In this document: positions 17,438 through 25,960 of the stretch, in pieces
Layout: each line of letters begins with the position of its first letter
Numbering within the stretch: position 1 is the stretch's first letter
Program-made: the position numbers and the translations under genes
Virus record (IMG/VR): IMGVR_UViG_3300027832_000010
Coordinates: 6,298-70,297 of that record
Origin: a virus
Strand: one strand, 5' to 3'
Length of the DNA: 64,000 nucleotides
Notes under the pieces: model-generated
The model's input: the letters and a program-made list of their open reading frames with translations, nothing else
Told to the model about the DNA's origin: nothing
Database searches by the model: none

Positions 17438-18961
17438 TTATATGCCTGATAGTCTACGGATACTGTTTAGTTCGTCGTCTTGTTCGACTGTTGGTTCCAT
17501 CATAGTTCCAGCAGTTGGTTCATCAAACTCAATTTCCTGTATTGCAGGGCCTGCATTAAGTTCTTCGTACTTTGCATTGATTGCTTCGATAAACGCTTTA
17601 GCCGGGTTAATGTATTGTTCGCCGTAGTCTTTTTCTATTGCTGTTAATATTGCTGTTTCGCCTTTTGGAAACTGTCCTGTTTCACGATCGAACATGCTAA
17701 GGATGTATTCAGTCACTGGTGTCTTTTGTTCTTTTTCAAGTGTAATTTCATCACCGTCGGGGCCGTCAATCTTGTCGCCTTTTTTCTTGCCGTTCATTTT
17801 GGCCTGTTGCACTGCTTGTGCATATGCATTGCCTTCTTCAAAATCATCATCTTTAGATTCTGCAAACTGTCCCATCATTTCTTCAAATGCATTATTAATA
17901 TCTGATTCATACGCTTTAACTCCGCCAGGTGACACTTCTGTGCCAACTCCAGAGACAGTATCAGCCTCACCTAGTAAATCTTCAGCTGTTAGTTCTTTTG
18001 CTCTTGTTGCTTCACTTACTAGTTTGTAGATGTATGGAAACACATCTGATAGTTCTTCGTTAAACTGTTTGATAGTTAATTGATCAATCCAGTTTTCTTT
18101 AACATCTGCAGGAACATCTTCCATAACTGCTACTTCAAAAGAACAAAATGCTTCTGCATAGTAGTTTGGTTTTTGTAGACTTTCGATAGTCTTTTTAACT
18201 GACTTAATACGATCGTTTACTACACTAGTATACCCAGCTAAACTTTCTGCCATTACAGCACTGCGGCCCATGTAAGATTTAAACTTGCGGAGTTTATTCA
18301 TTTCTTCTGATAAGCCAACAATGTGTGTACCAAAGTCATCAAATGGTTTGCCGCCTTCTGCTACGTGACGTGCCATTGCTCTTGCACCACTTAGATGCTT
18401 AAATGGATATATGAAGCGCTCGCCGTCTGCGCTTTCAATATATATCTTTCCAATACTGCGTGTGCGGCCACCTGCAAGTTCTGTGTTAACACTTTCAGTA
18501 TGTTTAACTACTATTCTTGCTCCATCAACCTTTTGATAGCTCACACGGTTTGTTCCGTACATCTTTGATTCACTCATTGTTTCTTCTCCGCGATTTTGTG
18601 CTAAAAATTTATAATCTCTTTTGTCGAGGTTTGACTTGTTTATGTTACGAGTGTCAAACGTCATTAATCTTTTCTTGCTAAACTGTCTAATTTCCTTTAG
18701 AAAATTGTACCAATTTTGTTTTGTAATTTCGTCTTGTTCTGAAACAAAACTATCACTGTACATAATTTCAACACTTTTTTCAGATAAACTTATGCTAATT
18801 TTTCCTAAGTTTGCAGCACCTTCTTTGTAATCAAAATCAAAGAATCGTGCATCTGTAGGAACGTTAGTAACTTTGCCTTCGCCGTCACCTAACGTAACAC
18901 TTGGAAACCGTCCACGTATTTTATTAAAAAGTTCTTCTGCTATTAGATCTAAATTTTTCAT
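17438..18961 (-). CDS. Conserved hypothetical protein (possible head/core protein)
   Basis: 507 aa with acidic C-terminal half; ATAAATA 7 nt upstream of the ATG. Confidence 0.6.
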   Translation of the reverse strand: MKNLDLIAEELFNKIRGRFPSVTLGDGEGKVTNVPTDARFFDFDYKEGAANLGKISISLSEKSVEIMYSDSFVSEQDEITKQNWYNFLKEIRQFSKKRLMTFDTRNINKSNLDKRDYKFLAQNRGEETMSESKMYGTNRVSYQKVDGARIVVKHTESVNTELAGGRTRSIGKIYIESADGERFIYPFKHLSGARAMARHVAEGGKPFDDFGTHIVGLSEEMNKLRKFKSYMGRSAVMAESLAGYTSVVNDRIKSVKKTIESLQKPNYYAEAFCSFEVAVMEDVPADVKENWIDQLTIKQFNEELSDVFPYIYKLVSEATRAKELTAEDLLGEADTVSGVGTEVSPGGVKAYESDINNAFEEMMGQFAESKDDDFEEGNAYAQAVQQAKMNGKKKGDKIDGPDGDEITLEKEQKTPVTEYILSMFDRETGQFPKGETAILTAIEKDYGEQYINPAKAFIEAINAKYEELNAGPAIQEIEFDEPTAGTMMEPTVEQDDELNSIRRLSGI

Positions 18962-18974
18962 TGTAATATATTTA

Positions 18975-20372
18975 TCAATAGTTTGTGCTTATGAAGATTG
19001 GCATTGGTGCATCGTAATCTTCCATATTTTCAGCTTGTGTAAACGTGTTATAGATTCTAGGATCCCAATCTTTTAATACCGCCATCATTCTTATAGCAAG
19101 CAGTGTGGCACTAACAAGATCATCACTTTGTCCTGCTTTTGATTGATAACTTGATCCTGTTGCAACAAAGTTTTTAAGCTCAGATATAAATGGCTTACTG
19201 TGTATAATCATTTTGTCATTTTCAAGCATAGTTTTAAGTCTACTACAAGCAGTAATTTTACTACCATGTGTAGTGTTGAAACCTTTACGGAATTTCCTGA
19301 CGTGCCCTTTTCTAATTGGTTCGCTCACAAATAGACCTGGAATGTTCTCTTCACCAAAGTCGTTTATAACGATTAGTGCTGCTTCGCCGATACCGTTGTT
19401 TTCAACACTCCAGTAAATTCCGTTCTGGTTCCCTGTTTCCTGTGCAAGGTACTTACATATATCTGCAAGCACTCTTATCTGCCCGGGAATAGCAGTGGTG
19501 TTATGTTGCCATTCTGCAACTTGTTCATAACTTGGTAATTCAAATACTTGTATTGCAGCATTGTCGCCACCTGTGCCCATACTCGGATCAAGTGCTACTG
19601 CATACGTATATTGGCTTGTAGGTTTCTTATACCAGCGTGTTTGTCCCATATTAACTAGCGGAGTATCACCTGCCATGGTAGCAAGTTTAATGCTGCTAAC
19701 AAGTGTTTCGTCAAATACTAGGAATTCACAGTCGTATTCACGACGGAATCGTTCTTCGCCGATACGTCCTAGTTCTTCCTGTTTCCATTTTTCATCTCTA
19801 TCTGGATGTTCTGTCCAATAACTACGGAAGCTGTGGAAGCCGTTAATTCCTAATTCTTGTTCATTGCCGTGCTCGTCAAACTTATCTTCTGCCTGTTTCC
19901 AAATAGTAGCAAATGTATCTTCATCTGAGTTTGGTGTGCTTGTAAGAATAGCACGGCCACCAGTTGCTAGTGTAGGAGATATTGATGTCCAAAAGTCTGT
20001 AGCTACGTTAGGCTGCACAAACGCAAATTCGTCGCATTGATGAGAGTTAATATTATTTGCAATTATTACATGATTTTCTGCATTAAATATTTCATAAGTA
20101 TCTTCTAAAACCAAGTATGTTAAGTCTGCGACAGTTTTAACAGTAGTGTGCGAATCTACCTCGTCACCTACACATATATCATTTACTTTTGTTTCTGTGC
20201 CATTAATAAAAAACCGATGTTCTAACGTTGCAGTAACAAACGTACTGTCTGTAAATGTTATTTTACAAGATTCTTTATTTGCATTTTCATTTAAGAAAAT
20301 GCCTTCAAAGTCTTCCCACCCGTTAGGAGTTAATATTTGATATTCTGTATTAGGTGCGTATATTTGTTTCAT
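18975..20372 (-). CDS. Terminase large subunit (gp17), C-terminal half preceded by long split-intein C-fragment
   Basis: After the intein: CDEFAF (Walker B), TSTPN, FRREYDCEF, ALDPSMG, DDLV (nuclease). Confidence 0.95.
   Translation of the reverse strand: MKQIYAPNTEYQILTPNGWEDFEGIFLNENANKESCKITFTDSTFVTATLEHRFFINGTETKVNDICVGDEVDSHTTVKTVADLTYLVLEDTYEIFNAENHVIIANNINSHQCDEFAFVQPNVATDFWTSISPTLATGGRAILTSTPNSDEDTFATIWKQAEDKFDEHGNEQELGINGFHSFRSYWTEHPDRDEKWKQEELGRIGEERFRREYDCEFLVFDETLVSSIKLATMAGDTPLVNMGQTRWYKKPTSQYTYAVALDPSMGTGGDNAAIQVFELPSYEQVAEWQHNTTAIPGQIRVLADICKYLAQETGNQNGIYWSVENNGIGEAALIVINDFGEENIPGLFVSEPIRKGHVRKFRKGFNTTHGSKITACSRLKTMLENDKMIIHSKPFISELKNFVATGSSYQSKAGQSDDLVSATLLAIRMMAVLKDWDPRIYNTFTQAENMEDYDAPMPIFISTNY
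20037..20372 (-). mobile_element. Atypical split intein C-fragment (112 aa) ending in His-Gln
   Basis: QILTPNGW, TATLEHRF (block B lies in the C-fragment), TYEI...IIANNINSHQ|C. Codons TCT CAT CAA TGC checked. Confidence 0.9.
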
Positions 20373-21246
20373 TAAACTCCTTTACCAATCTTGCTCCGCT
20401 TACTGGTGCTGATTCATGCATATCGGTATTAATCATCTTAGCAAACATGTTAAACTCGTACAATGATTTATCAATAGTATAACTAGCGTTAGTTAACAAT
20501 AGCCCTATTGTAATACTACATGCACTGTGTTTTGATACGTTTTCTTTCCACGGAAGCATTTGTAAATTATGTACACTTCCTATAAGCAACGGACTAACAT
20601 GATCTTTGTATCCTTGCATGATAGAAAATATATGGTCTATGTGATACGCTCCGGCGACTCCCGCAAGTCCAGTTTTATAACCTAATGTTATTGCTGACCT
20701 GTGCTGTTCGGTGACATACGTTACTATTGACTTATAACGATAAAACTCATTACGTTGTGACGGTTCTAATATAAGACCATTAGCTGCTTTTGTTGCGTTA
20801 CCTTTAGTAATTGCAAGAGTTGCTAATTGCGAATAACCGTTACGGCCAAACGCGTCGATATTGCTCATATGCGTTGCTCTAGTTTTTTGACCTTTTTTAC
20901 TATATCCGCTAATGCCATCGGCGTCTAGCTTAGATAGTGTTTGTCGGGCAGTAACTTGCGATGTTTCGTAAGCAGTTAATCCAGTAACATCGTCAATTGT
21001 ACTTAGTCCTTTTTTAATGTTTGCTGTTCGTGCATTGCTAACTCCCCGAACCCCCGGGTGTAGCTTGTCGTACTCTGCTACGCTCATGCATAACACCCGC
21101 TCAATGTACGATGTCTTAATCATACTAAGACGTTCGTTGCTCACAGGACATAATATATAATCTATGCCTGATTGTAATGACAATTCGTACAAGTGCGCGT
21201 TACGTCTTCGATTTCGTTTCTTAAATGCTTGTATTTTTATATCCAT
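20350..21246 (-). CDS. Free-standing HNH endonuclease between the TerL halves
   Basis: YHIDHIFS...HNLQMLPWKENVSK. Start moved to ATG 21246, 4 nt after TATAAATA (21251-21258). Confidence 0.85.
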   Translation of the reverse strand: MDIKIQAFKKRNRRRNAHLYELSLQSGIDYILCPVSNERLSMIKTSYIERVLCMSVAEYDKLHPGVRGVSNARTANIKKGLSTIDDVTGLTAYETSQVTARQTLSKLDADGISGYSKKGQKTRATHMSNIDAFGRNGYSQLATLAITKGNATKAANGLILEPSQRNEFYRYKSIVTYVTEQHRSAITLGYKTGLAGVAGAYHIDHIFSIMQGYKDHVSPLLIGSVHNLQMLPWKENVSKHSACSITIGLLLTNASYTIDKSLYEFNMFAKMINTDMHESAPVSGARLVKEFNETNIRT

Positions 21247-21272
21247 ACTGTATTTATACAAATGCAAACTTA

Positions 21273-21911
21273 TCACACGATAATTATGTTAGGGTTGTGT
21301 AGCCTAATGTACAAATCTCGAAGAGTTATATCTTCTTCAACAAGGGTATGCTTATTACGAACTTTAACAGTAGTTGTATCACCATCTAAACAATAGAGTA
21401 ACGAGATACTCATACCACGTCCTGTGTTGCCTGTTGTAGTAGCACTAACAATACGACTTCCATTTTCAAATTCGATTGAGCCTTTGTTGTAGTTAGTAAC
21501 ACCTGCTCTAATGTGATCTGGGCATAACTCATAAATGTAACGGATGCGCTGCATAATCTCTTGCGCACCTGTGTACTTGTGTGCAGCAATAAGGATTGTT
21601 TGATCGGGTACAAACATTGCATACCATGCTAAGTAGATTGCCGCACATGTAGTCTTGCCTGTTTGACGAGGTAACATGTTGATATTAAAGCGAAAATTAT
21701 GATAACTTTGTAACAAGCGTTCTTGATACTCATACGGATCAAATAGCAACTTGCCTTTTACTGGATGTTGTATGTATGCAAACTTACGAGCAAAATACAA
21801 ATAGCCGTCTACAGGATCCATACACTTAAAAAGGTCAGCAATCTGCGCTTCAGTAAACGTTTCCTGCCTGTTTGCTTTTTTAATTAATACGCCGTCTAAT
21901 GATTTTGCCAT
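21273..21911 (-). CDS. Terminase large subunit, N-terminal half ending in short split-intein N-fragment
   Basis: YEYQ, LPRQTGKTT (Walker A), IEFENGSRI, GRGMSISLLY then CLDGDT. Confidence 0.95.
   Translation of the reverse strand: MAKSLDGVLIKKANRQETFTEAQIADLFKCMDPVDGYLYFARKFAYIQHPVKGKLLFDPYEYQERLLQSYHNFRFNINMLPRQTGKTTCAAIYLAWYAMFVPDQTILIAAHKYTGAQEIMQRIRYIYELCPDHIRAGVTNYNKGSIEFENGSRIVSATTTGNTGRGMSISLLYCLDGDTTTVKVRNKHTLVEEDITLRDLYIRLHNPNIIIV
21276..21392 (-). mobile_element. Atypical split intein N-fragment (39 aa)
   Basis: CLDGDTTTVKVR...ITLRDLYIRL*; block A only. Confidence 0.9.
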
Positions 21912-21919
21912 ACGTTTAT

Positions 21920-22270
21920 TTAACCTATTTTATCACTGTAATATCCGATGTCGAAGCGCAGATCAAATAGCTTGCGTCTATCTTGTTGGATTAAAATATG
22001 CGTAGGAGCAGCATGTTTGCCGTATCTAGGCTCGCTCCATAACCATTCATATTGCAAACTAGTATCTAGCTTACTACAAAGTTTCTTTAACCGTCTACGA
22101 TTATAGTTGGGCACAATGTAAACAATTGCTTGGTTATTTTCTAAGTGTTCCCACTTCCCACACCATCGTGTAACTTTAATTTCGCCCTTTTTCCACGCTG
22201 CTGCGCTCCAAGGACAAACAGGCTTTATACTATCAAAGTATGCTGTCCAATTAATATCGTCTTTTACCAT
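21920..22270 (-). CDS. Conserved hypothetical protein
   Basis: 116 aa, VCPWS motif; TAAATA 5 nt upstream of the ATG. Confidence 0.7.
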   Translation of the reverse strand: MVKDDINWTAYFDSIKPVCPWSAAAWKKGEIKVTRWCGKWEHLENNQAIVYIVPNYNRRRLKKLCSKLDTSLQYEWLWSEPRYGKHAAPTHILIQQDRRKLFDLRFDIGYYSDKIG

Positions 22271-22287
22271 ATAACTATTTACTCAAG

Positions 22288-22313
22288 CAAATAGGCCCCG
22301 AATGACCTATTTG
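22288..22313 (-). terminator. Probable hairpin terminator
   Basis: caaatagg-N10-cctatttg downstream of 22347..24083. Confidence 0.45.
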
Positions 22314-22346
22314 GTTAGTACATCTAATTACTAAGACTTACTATTT

Positions 22347-24083
22347 TTACTTGCCGCGGCCACGTCCAGCCATTAACTTGTCTTTACCACGTCCGGCCAT
22401 TACTTTACCACGACCTTCAGCAGTTTTTGTATCTTCAACTTTCTTTTTACCACGTCCACGTCCGGCCATTACTTTACCACGACCTTCAGCAGTTTTTGTA
22501 TCTTCAACTTTCTTTTTACCGCGGCCACGGCCTTCAGTAGTTTTCTTCTCAGTCAAAGCTGCCCAAAGTTGAGTTTTAATTGATTCAACTGCCATTGCGT
22601 TGTCACCGTCTTGTGCTTTAGCATATGCTTTCTTAGGACGGTTAAGACCACCAGCTAAGTCATTGAGCATATAATTAGCATCTTTATATTCTTCGTCTGG
22701 ACTGTTGTCCCACTCTGCAACTACTGCATCATATTCAGAGGTGTCTTCACTGCATGACATTTCTTCATGTACGTAGCCGCAAACGCTGCAAGGTTTTCCT
22801 GGGCCTTCCATTTCGTCGCCGCCTACCATATTAATAAAGTCAGCCATGTTATCTTGATTAGGTGCCGCTGCTCCCATTGGAGGCGTCGGTGCCATCATAC
22901 TACTTACAGGTGCTGCATCTGACATACCTGCATTTTTTAGCAGCTTCATTAGTTCTGCAACTTGATCAGCAGTGTCAGCTGTCATTGATACATTCATTGA
23001 AGCTGATTCGTTCATTGCTTTTTTCATGTTATAGTCCTTACTTTGATTTTGTTGTGTTGGTGCTGTTGCCGGCTTGCCACCATTTGGTGCTCTTCCAAGA
23101 ATAAATTGATCGTTGATGTCCGGCTTGCCGCCGGCGCGTGTTAACCATTCTTGATCTTCCGGGCTTAGTTTTGAAAACTTATCTGCGTCTGCCCCAGCAT
23201 ACGGATTTGGTGTTTTCGGAGCTGCTGGAGGTGTTGCTGCTGTTGCTGCCGGATCTGCTTCATCTGGGTTATTACCTGCTGGAGGTGTTGCTGCTGTTGC
23301 TGCCGGATCTGCTTCATCTGGGTTATTACCTGCTGGAGGTGTTGCTGCTGTTGCTGCTGGTGTTGCTGCTGGTGTTGCTGCTGGTGTTGCTGCTGGTGTT
23401 GCTGCTGGTTCCGCTGCTGCTGGTCCACCTGATTTTGCTATCAGTGCTTTAATAGTGTTAGGACCAGTTTGTCCATCGGCTTTTAAACCGTTCGCCTTTT
23501 GGAAATCTTGTACAGCTTTAAATACACCGTTACCGTATATACCATCAATTTTACCTGGATCAAACCCAGCACGTGATAATGCGGTTTGTACAGTTTTAAC
23601 TTGATCCATTGGCTGCTTGCCGCCATCTTGGTAATCTTTCATCAAGTTAGCTGATGTGATTTGACCTAACTTAGCAGGTAAGTTACTAGTTTGTTGTCCA
23701 GGACGTGCTGGTGGTGCTGTTGGGCCTCGACCACGCCGTTTGGGCGCTGCTGGTTCCGCTGCTGCTGGTTCCGCTGCTGCTGGGTTAATTTTTGCCAATG
23801 TGCTGTTAAGTCTTTGTAACTCAGTGCCACTCATTTCAGCTCGTAAATCAGCAGTAAGATCTGCGTTTCTATACATAGTTTTATATACATCAGACACGCT
23901 TTTAAATTCTTCAGGTGATTTAATCTGAGCCAATGCTTTCATTATAGCCTGTTCATCTGTTCCAAATGTTTTGCCAGAGCCTGCATTATAGAGGCCTTTT
24001 GCTAATTCCTGTGCGGATGCCTCCAATAGTGTATATTCGCTATATAAATTTGTAATATTAATAAAATCTTTAATATCGCTCAT
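22347..24083 (-). CDS. Multidomain protein: annexin-like repeat, peptidoglycan-binding domain, Ala/Pro linkers, Arg-Gly-rich tail
   Basis: GKTFGTDEQAI...ADLTADLRAEMSG (annexin-like); VKTVQTALSRAGF...IDGIYG...VQDFQKANGLKADGQTGPNT (PG_binding_1); GRGRG repeats. Confidence 0.75.
   Translation of the reverse strand: MSDIKDFINITNLYSEYTLLEASAQELAKGLYNAGSGKTFGTDEQAIMKALAQIKSPEEFKSVSDVYKTMYRNADLTADLRAEMSGTELQRLNSTLAKINPAAAEPAAAEPAAPKRRGRGPTAPPARPGQQTSNLPAKLGQITSANLMKDYQDGGKQPMDQVKTVQTALSRAGFDPGKIDGIYGNGVFKAVQDFQKANGLKADGQTGPNTIKALIAKSGGPAAAEPAATPAATPAATPAATPAATAATPPAGNNPDEADPAATAATPPAGNNPDEADPAATAATPPAAPKTPNPYAGADADKFSKLSPEDQEWLTRAGGKPDINDQFILGRAPNGGKPATAPTQQNQSKDYNMKKAMNESASMNVSMTADTADQVAELMKLLKNAGMSDAAPVSSMMAPTPPMGAAAPNQDNMADFINMVGGDEMEGPGKPCSVCGYVHEEMSCSEDTSEYDAVVAEWDNSPDEEYKDANYMLNDLAGGLNRPKKAYAKAQDGDNAMAVESIKTQLWAALTEKKTTEGRGRGKKKVEDTKTAEGRGKVMAGRGRGKKKVEDTKTAEGRGKVMAGRGKDKLMAGRGRGK
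22387..22520. repeat. Coding tandem repeat, period 69 nt (GRGRGKKKVEDTKTAEGRGKVMA)
   Basis: Two near-exact copies starting 22387 and 22456. Confidence 0.9.
23223..23410. repeat. Coding repeats: 54-nt period (about 2.5 copies) plus 12-nt gctgctggtgtt run
   Basis: Units start 23223, 23277, 23331; encode ATAATPPAGNNPDEADPA and ATPA. Confidence 0.9.
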
Positions 24084-24598
24084 GATATTTCACCTTTCGG
24101 TGCTGCTGCCATTGGGTCAATGTCGCGTTCTTTACGAGACATTTCTAATTCTTTTAACAAGCTCATTATACGTTCGCCGCCTACGTCTGCCTGTGCGCTT
24201 TCACCGCCCATATCTTCAGTTGCTAAAAGTGCTTCATATGGCTTATTGTCTGCTGCTTCCTCTTGCTGAGCCTCAACAGGATCACCTTCGCCACGTACAA
24301 TAAGGTAACTATGCGGAATTCTGCAATTGTCAACTAGGTAATGTTCAAGTACGTGTGCAGTAACAGGATACTTTAATTCTGCTTCGTAATGTGTAACTTC
24401 CATATTTTGTAATCTTGGAAAGTCTGCAGGCTTTGCTGTAATTGGAGCTCTCTTGCCGGCGCTCAGTTTTATTACTTCGTACTTTGCTAAACTGGCCTTC
24501 ATACGATCTACAAATCCTTCGGGTACCTCGCCTGCTACTCGGATTTTAAATTTGTAAGTTTTTGTAGACTCGGTTAACAATTCTTTAAATGATTTCAT
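24080..24598 (-). CDS. Hypothetical protein
   Basis: 172-aa ORF starting MKSFKELLTES, in the operon. Confidence 0.65.
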   Translation of the reverse strand: MKSFKELLTESTKTYKFKIRVAGEVPEGFVDRMKASLAKYEVIKLSAGKRAPITAKPADFPRLQNMEVTHYEAELKYPVTAHVLEHYLVDNCRIPHSYLIVRGEGDPVEAQQEEAADNKPYEALLATEDMGGESAQADVGGERIMSLLKELEMSRKERDIDPMAAAPKGEIS

Positions 24599-24619
24599 GA
24601 CATGGGTTCCCTGTTATAC

Positions 24620-25117
24620 TTATTTATCCATGTTTTTAAGTTTTTCGAGTAAACTGTTGCGGTCTGTTACTACGTACCCGTCGCCATTTACTACGTCACC
24701 ATCTGGATTTGATTTTTGATCTATTGCTTGTTTTTTAAGTTGTAGCTCAACCATTTTTAATTTCTTATCTAGTTTAGCCACTTTAGCATCTAGACTAGTT
24801 TTAAGCATTCCGCCGGCTACTTCAAAAACTCTACTTGCATAACGGCTTTCTACGTTCATACCCAAGTCCATTAAGTCTTCGTATGAGGCCATTGCCTTAT
24901 CAGCAATTTCGTTAAGTTCGGTATCAGCCATTTCGCCTAAGCCTTTAACACTCGGTAATGCTGCTGCAATTTTATCAAATTCTGCAATATCGCGGAAAGT
25001 GTTATGCTGGTCTACTACAGCAACTTTTGCTCTACTCTTTTTTTCTTCTGCCTTTGCATCATCTACAATTTCTTTAGAGTCAGGCAAATTTAGTAATTCT
25101 TCAAGTTTTTTTGTCAT
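24620..25117 (-). CDS. Probable terminase small subunit (gp16-like)
   Basis: Helical/coiled-coil, C-terminal VVTDRNSLLEKLK, located in the packaging region; start moved to ATG 25117. Confidence 0.5.
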   Translation of the reverse strand: MTKKLEELLNLPDSKEIVDDAKAEEKKSRAKVAVVDQHNTFRDIAEFDKIAAALPSVKGLGEMADTELNEIADKAMASYEDLMDLGMNVESRYASRVFEVAGGMLKTSLDAKVAKLDKKLKMVELQLKKQAIDQKSNPDGDVVNGDGYVVTDRNSLLEKLKNMDK

Positions 25118-25155
25118 GCAGACTTTATCCTTAATATACACACTTATTTAGTATG

Positions 25156-25590
25156 TTATCGTCTACCGCCGTGAAAAATATCGTGTTCAGTTACTATGCG
25201 GAATTTTATACCGTTTTGTTTGCAATATGCATTTGCTGCTTCCCATTTAGCAGCGTTAACTACAGCGTGTAATTGATTGTGTCTACTCTTTCCTGCTTCT
25301 TTTAAACTAGTTTGATTTGAAGGTTTTACTTCAATAAGTTCGACAAACTGTTTACCAGTTTTATCTGCATACGCAATAAAGAAGTCTGGTACATAGATTG
25401 TGTGCTTGCCAGTTAACGGATTACGATATGGAATACGTATTGCTTCGCTTGCCCATTGTGTAACATTAGCATTTTCGTCACAAAATTTCATAAATGCAAA
25501 TTCCCAACCTGACCGATATGTTGGAACTTTGCCGCCTATATATTTTGCTGGATTTTTGCAGTTGAATTTACCTTGTGCAAACCTTGACAT
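25156..25590 (-). CDS. Head completion nuclease gp4 (TnsA-like)
   Basis: KNPAKYIG, YRSGWE, WASE, YVPDF, LIEVKP. Confidence 0.9.
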   Translation of the reverse strand: MSRFAQGKFNCKNPAKYIGGKVPTYRSGWEFAFMKFCDENANVTQWASEAIRIPYRNPLTGKHTIYVPDFFIAYADKTGKQFVELIEVKPSNQTSLKEAGKSRHNQLHAVVNAAKWEAANAYCKQNGIKFRIVTEHDIFHGGRR

Positions 25591-25591
25591 G

Positions 25592-25960
25592 TTATACCGC
25601 TATGTTTCGCTTTTCCAAAGTATTGGTATTTGTAGTATTTTTAAATCCAAGTACACTAGTACTCAATCTATTATAATTTAATACTTCTGCAACAACTGCA
25701 CTCAGTTTTGCTTCGTCAAAACCTTTAAGGGTATCTAATAGTACAAATACTTTAATATTGTCTAACTTTGCTTGTTGCAAAAGAATAGATCCAGTACTAA
25801 TAGCTGCTGACTTTTCAAAACCTCTTTTTTCAAAAAATGCAACAACTGCATCAACTTCATTAGATGCAAATTCTAGCTTTGCAGTAAAATACTTATCAAA
25901 GAATGAAGTTACACGTTTGTCATTTGTTTGTGTAGTAACTGGTAAGCTGCCGTTATTCAT
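25592..25960 (-). CDS. Hypothetical protein
   Basis: 122-aa ORF in the operon. Confidence 0.7.
   Translation of the reverse strand: MNNGSLPVTTQTNDKRVTSFFDKYFTAKLEFASNEVDAVVAFFEKRGFEKSAAISTGSILLQQAKLDNIKVFVLLDTLKGFDEAKLSAVVAEVLNYNRLSTSVLGFKNTTNTNTLEKRNIAV

Noticed and set aside
22387-23410. Tandem repeats as a possible CRISPR array or DGR template
   Set aside because: Periods are multiples of three, with no unique spacers and no adenine-specific variation; no cas or reverse transcriptase gene is in the window.
23138-23452. Poly-Gln and poly-Leu ORFs
   Set aside because: Alternative frames of the Ala/Pro/Thr linker repeats.
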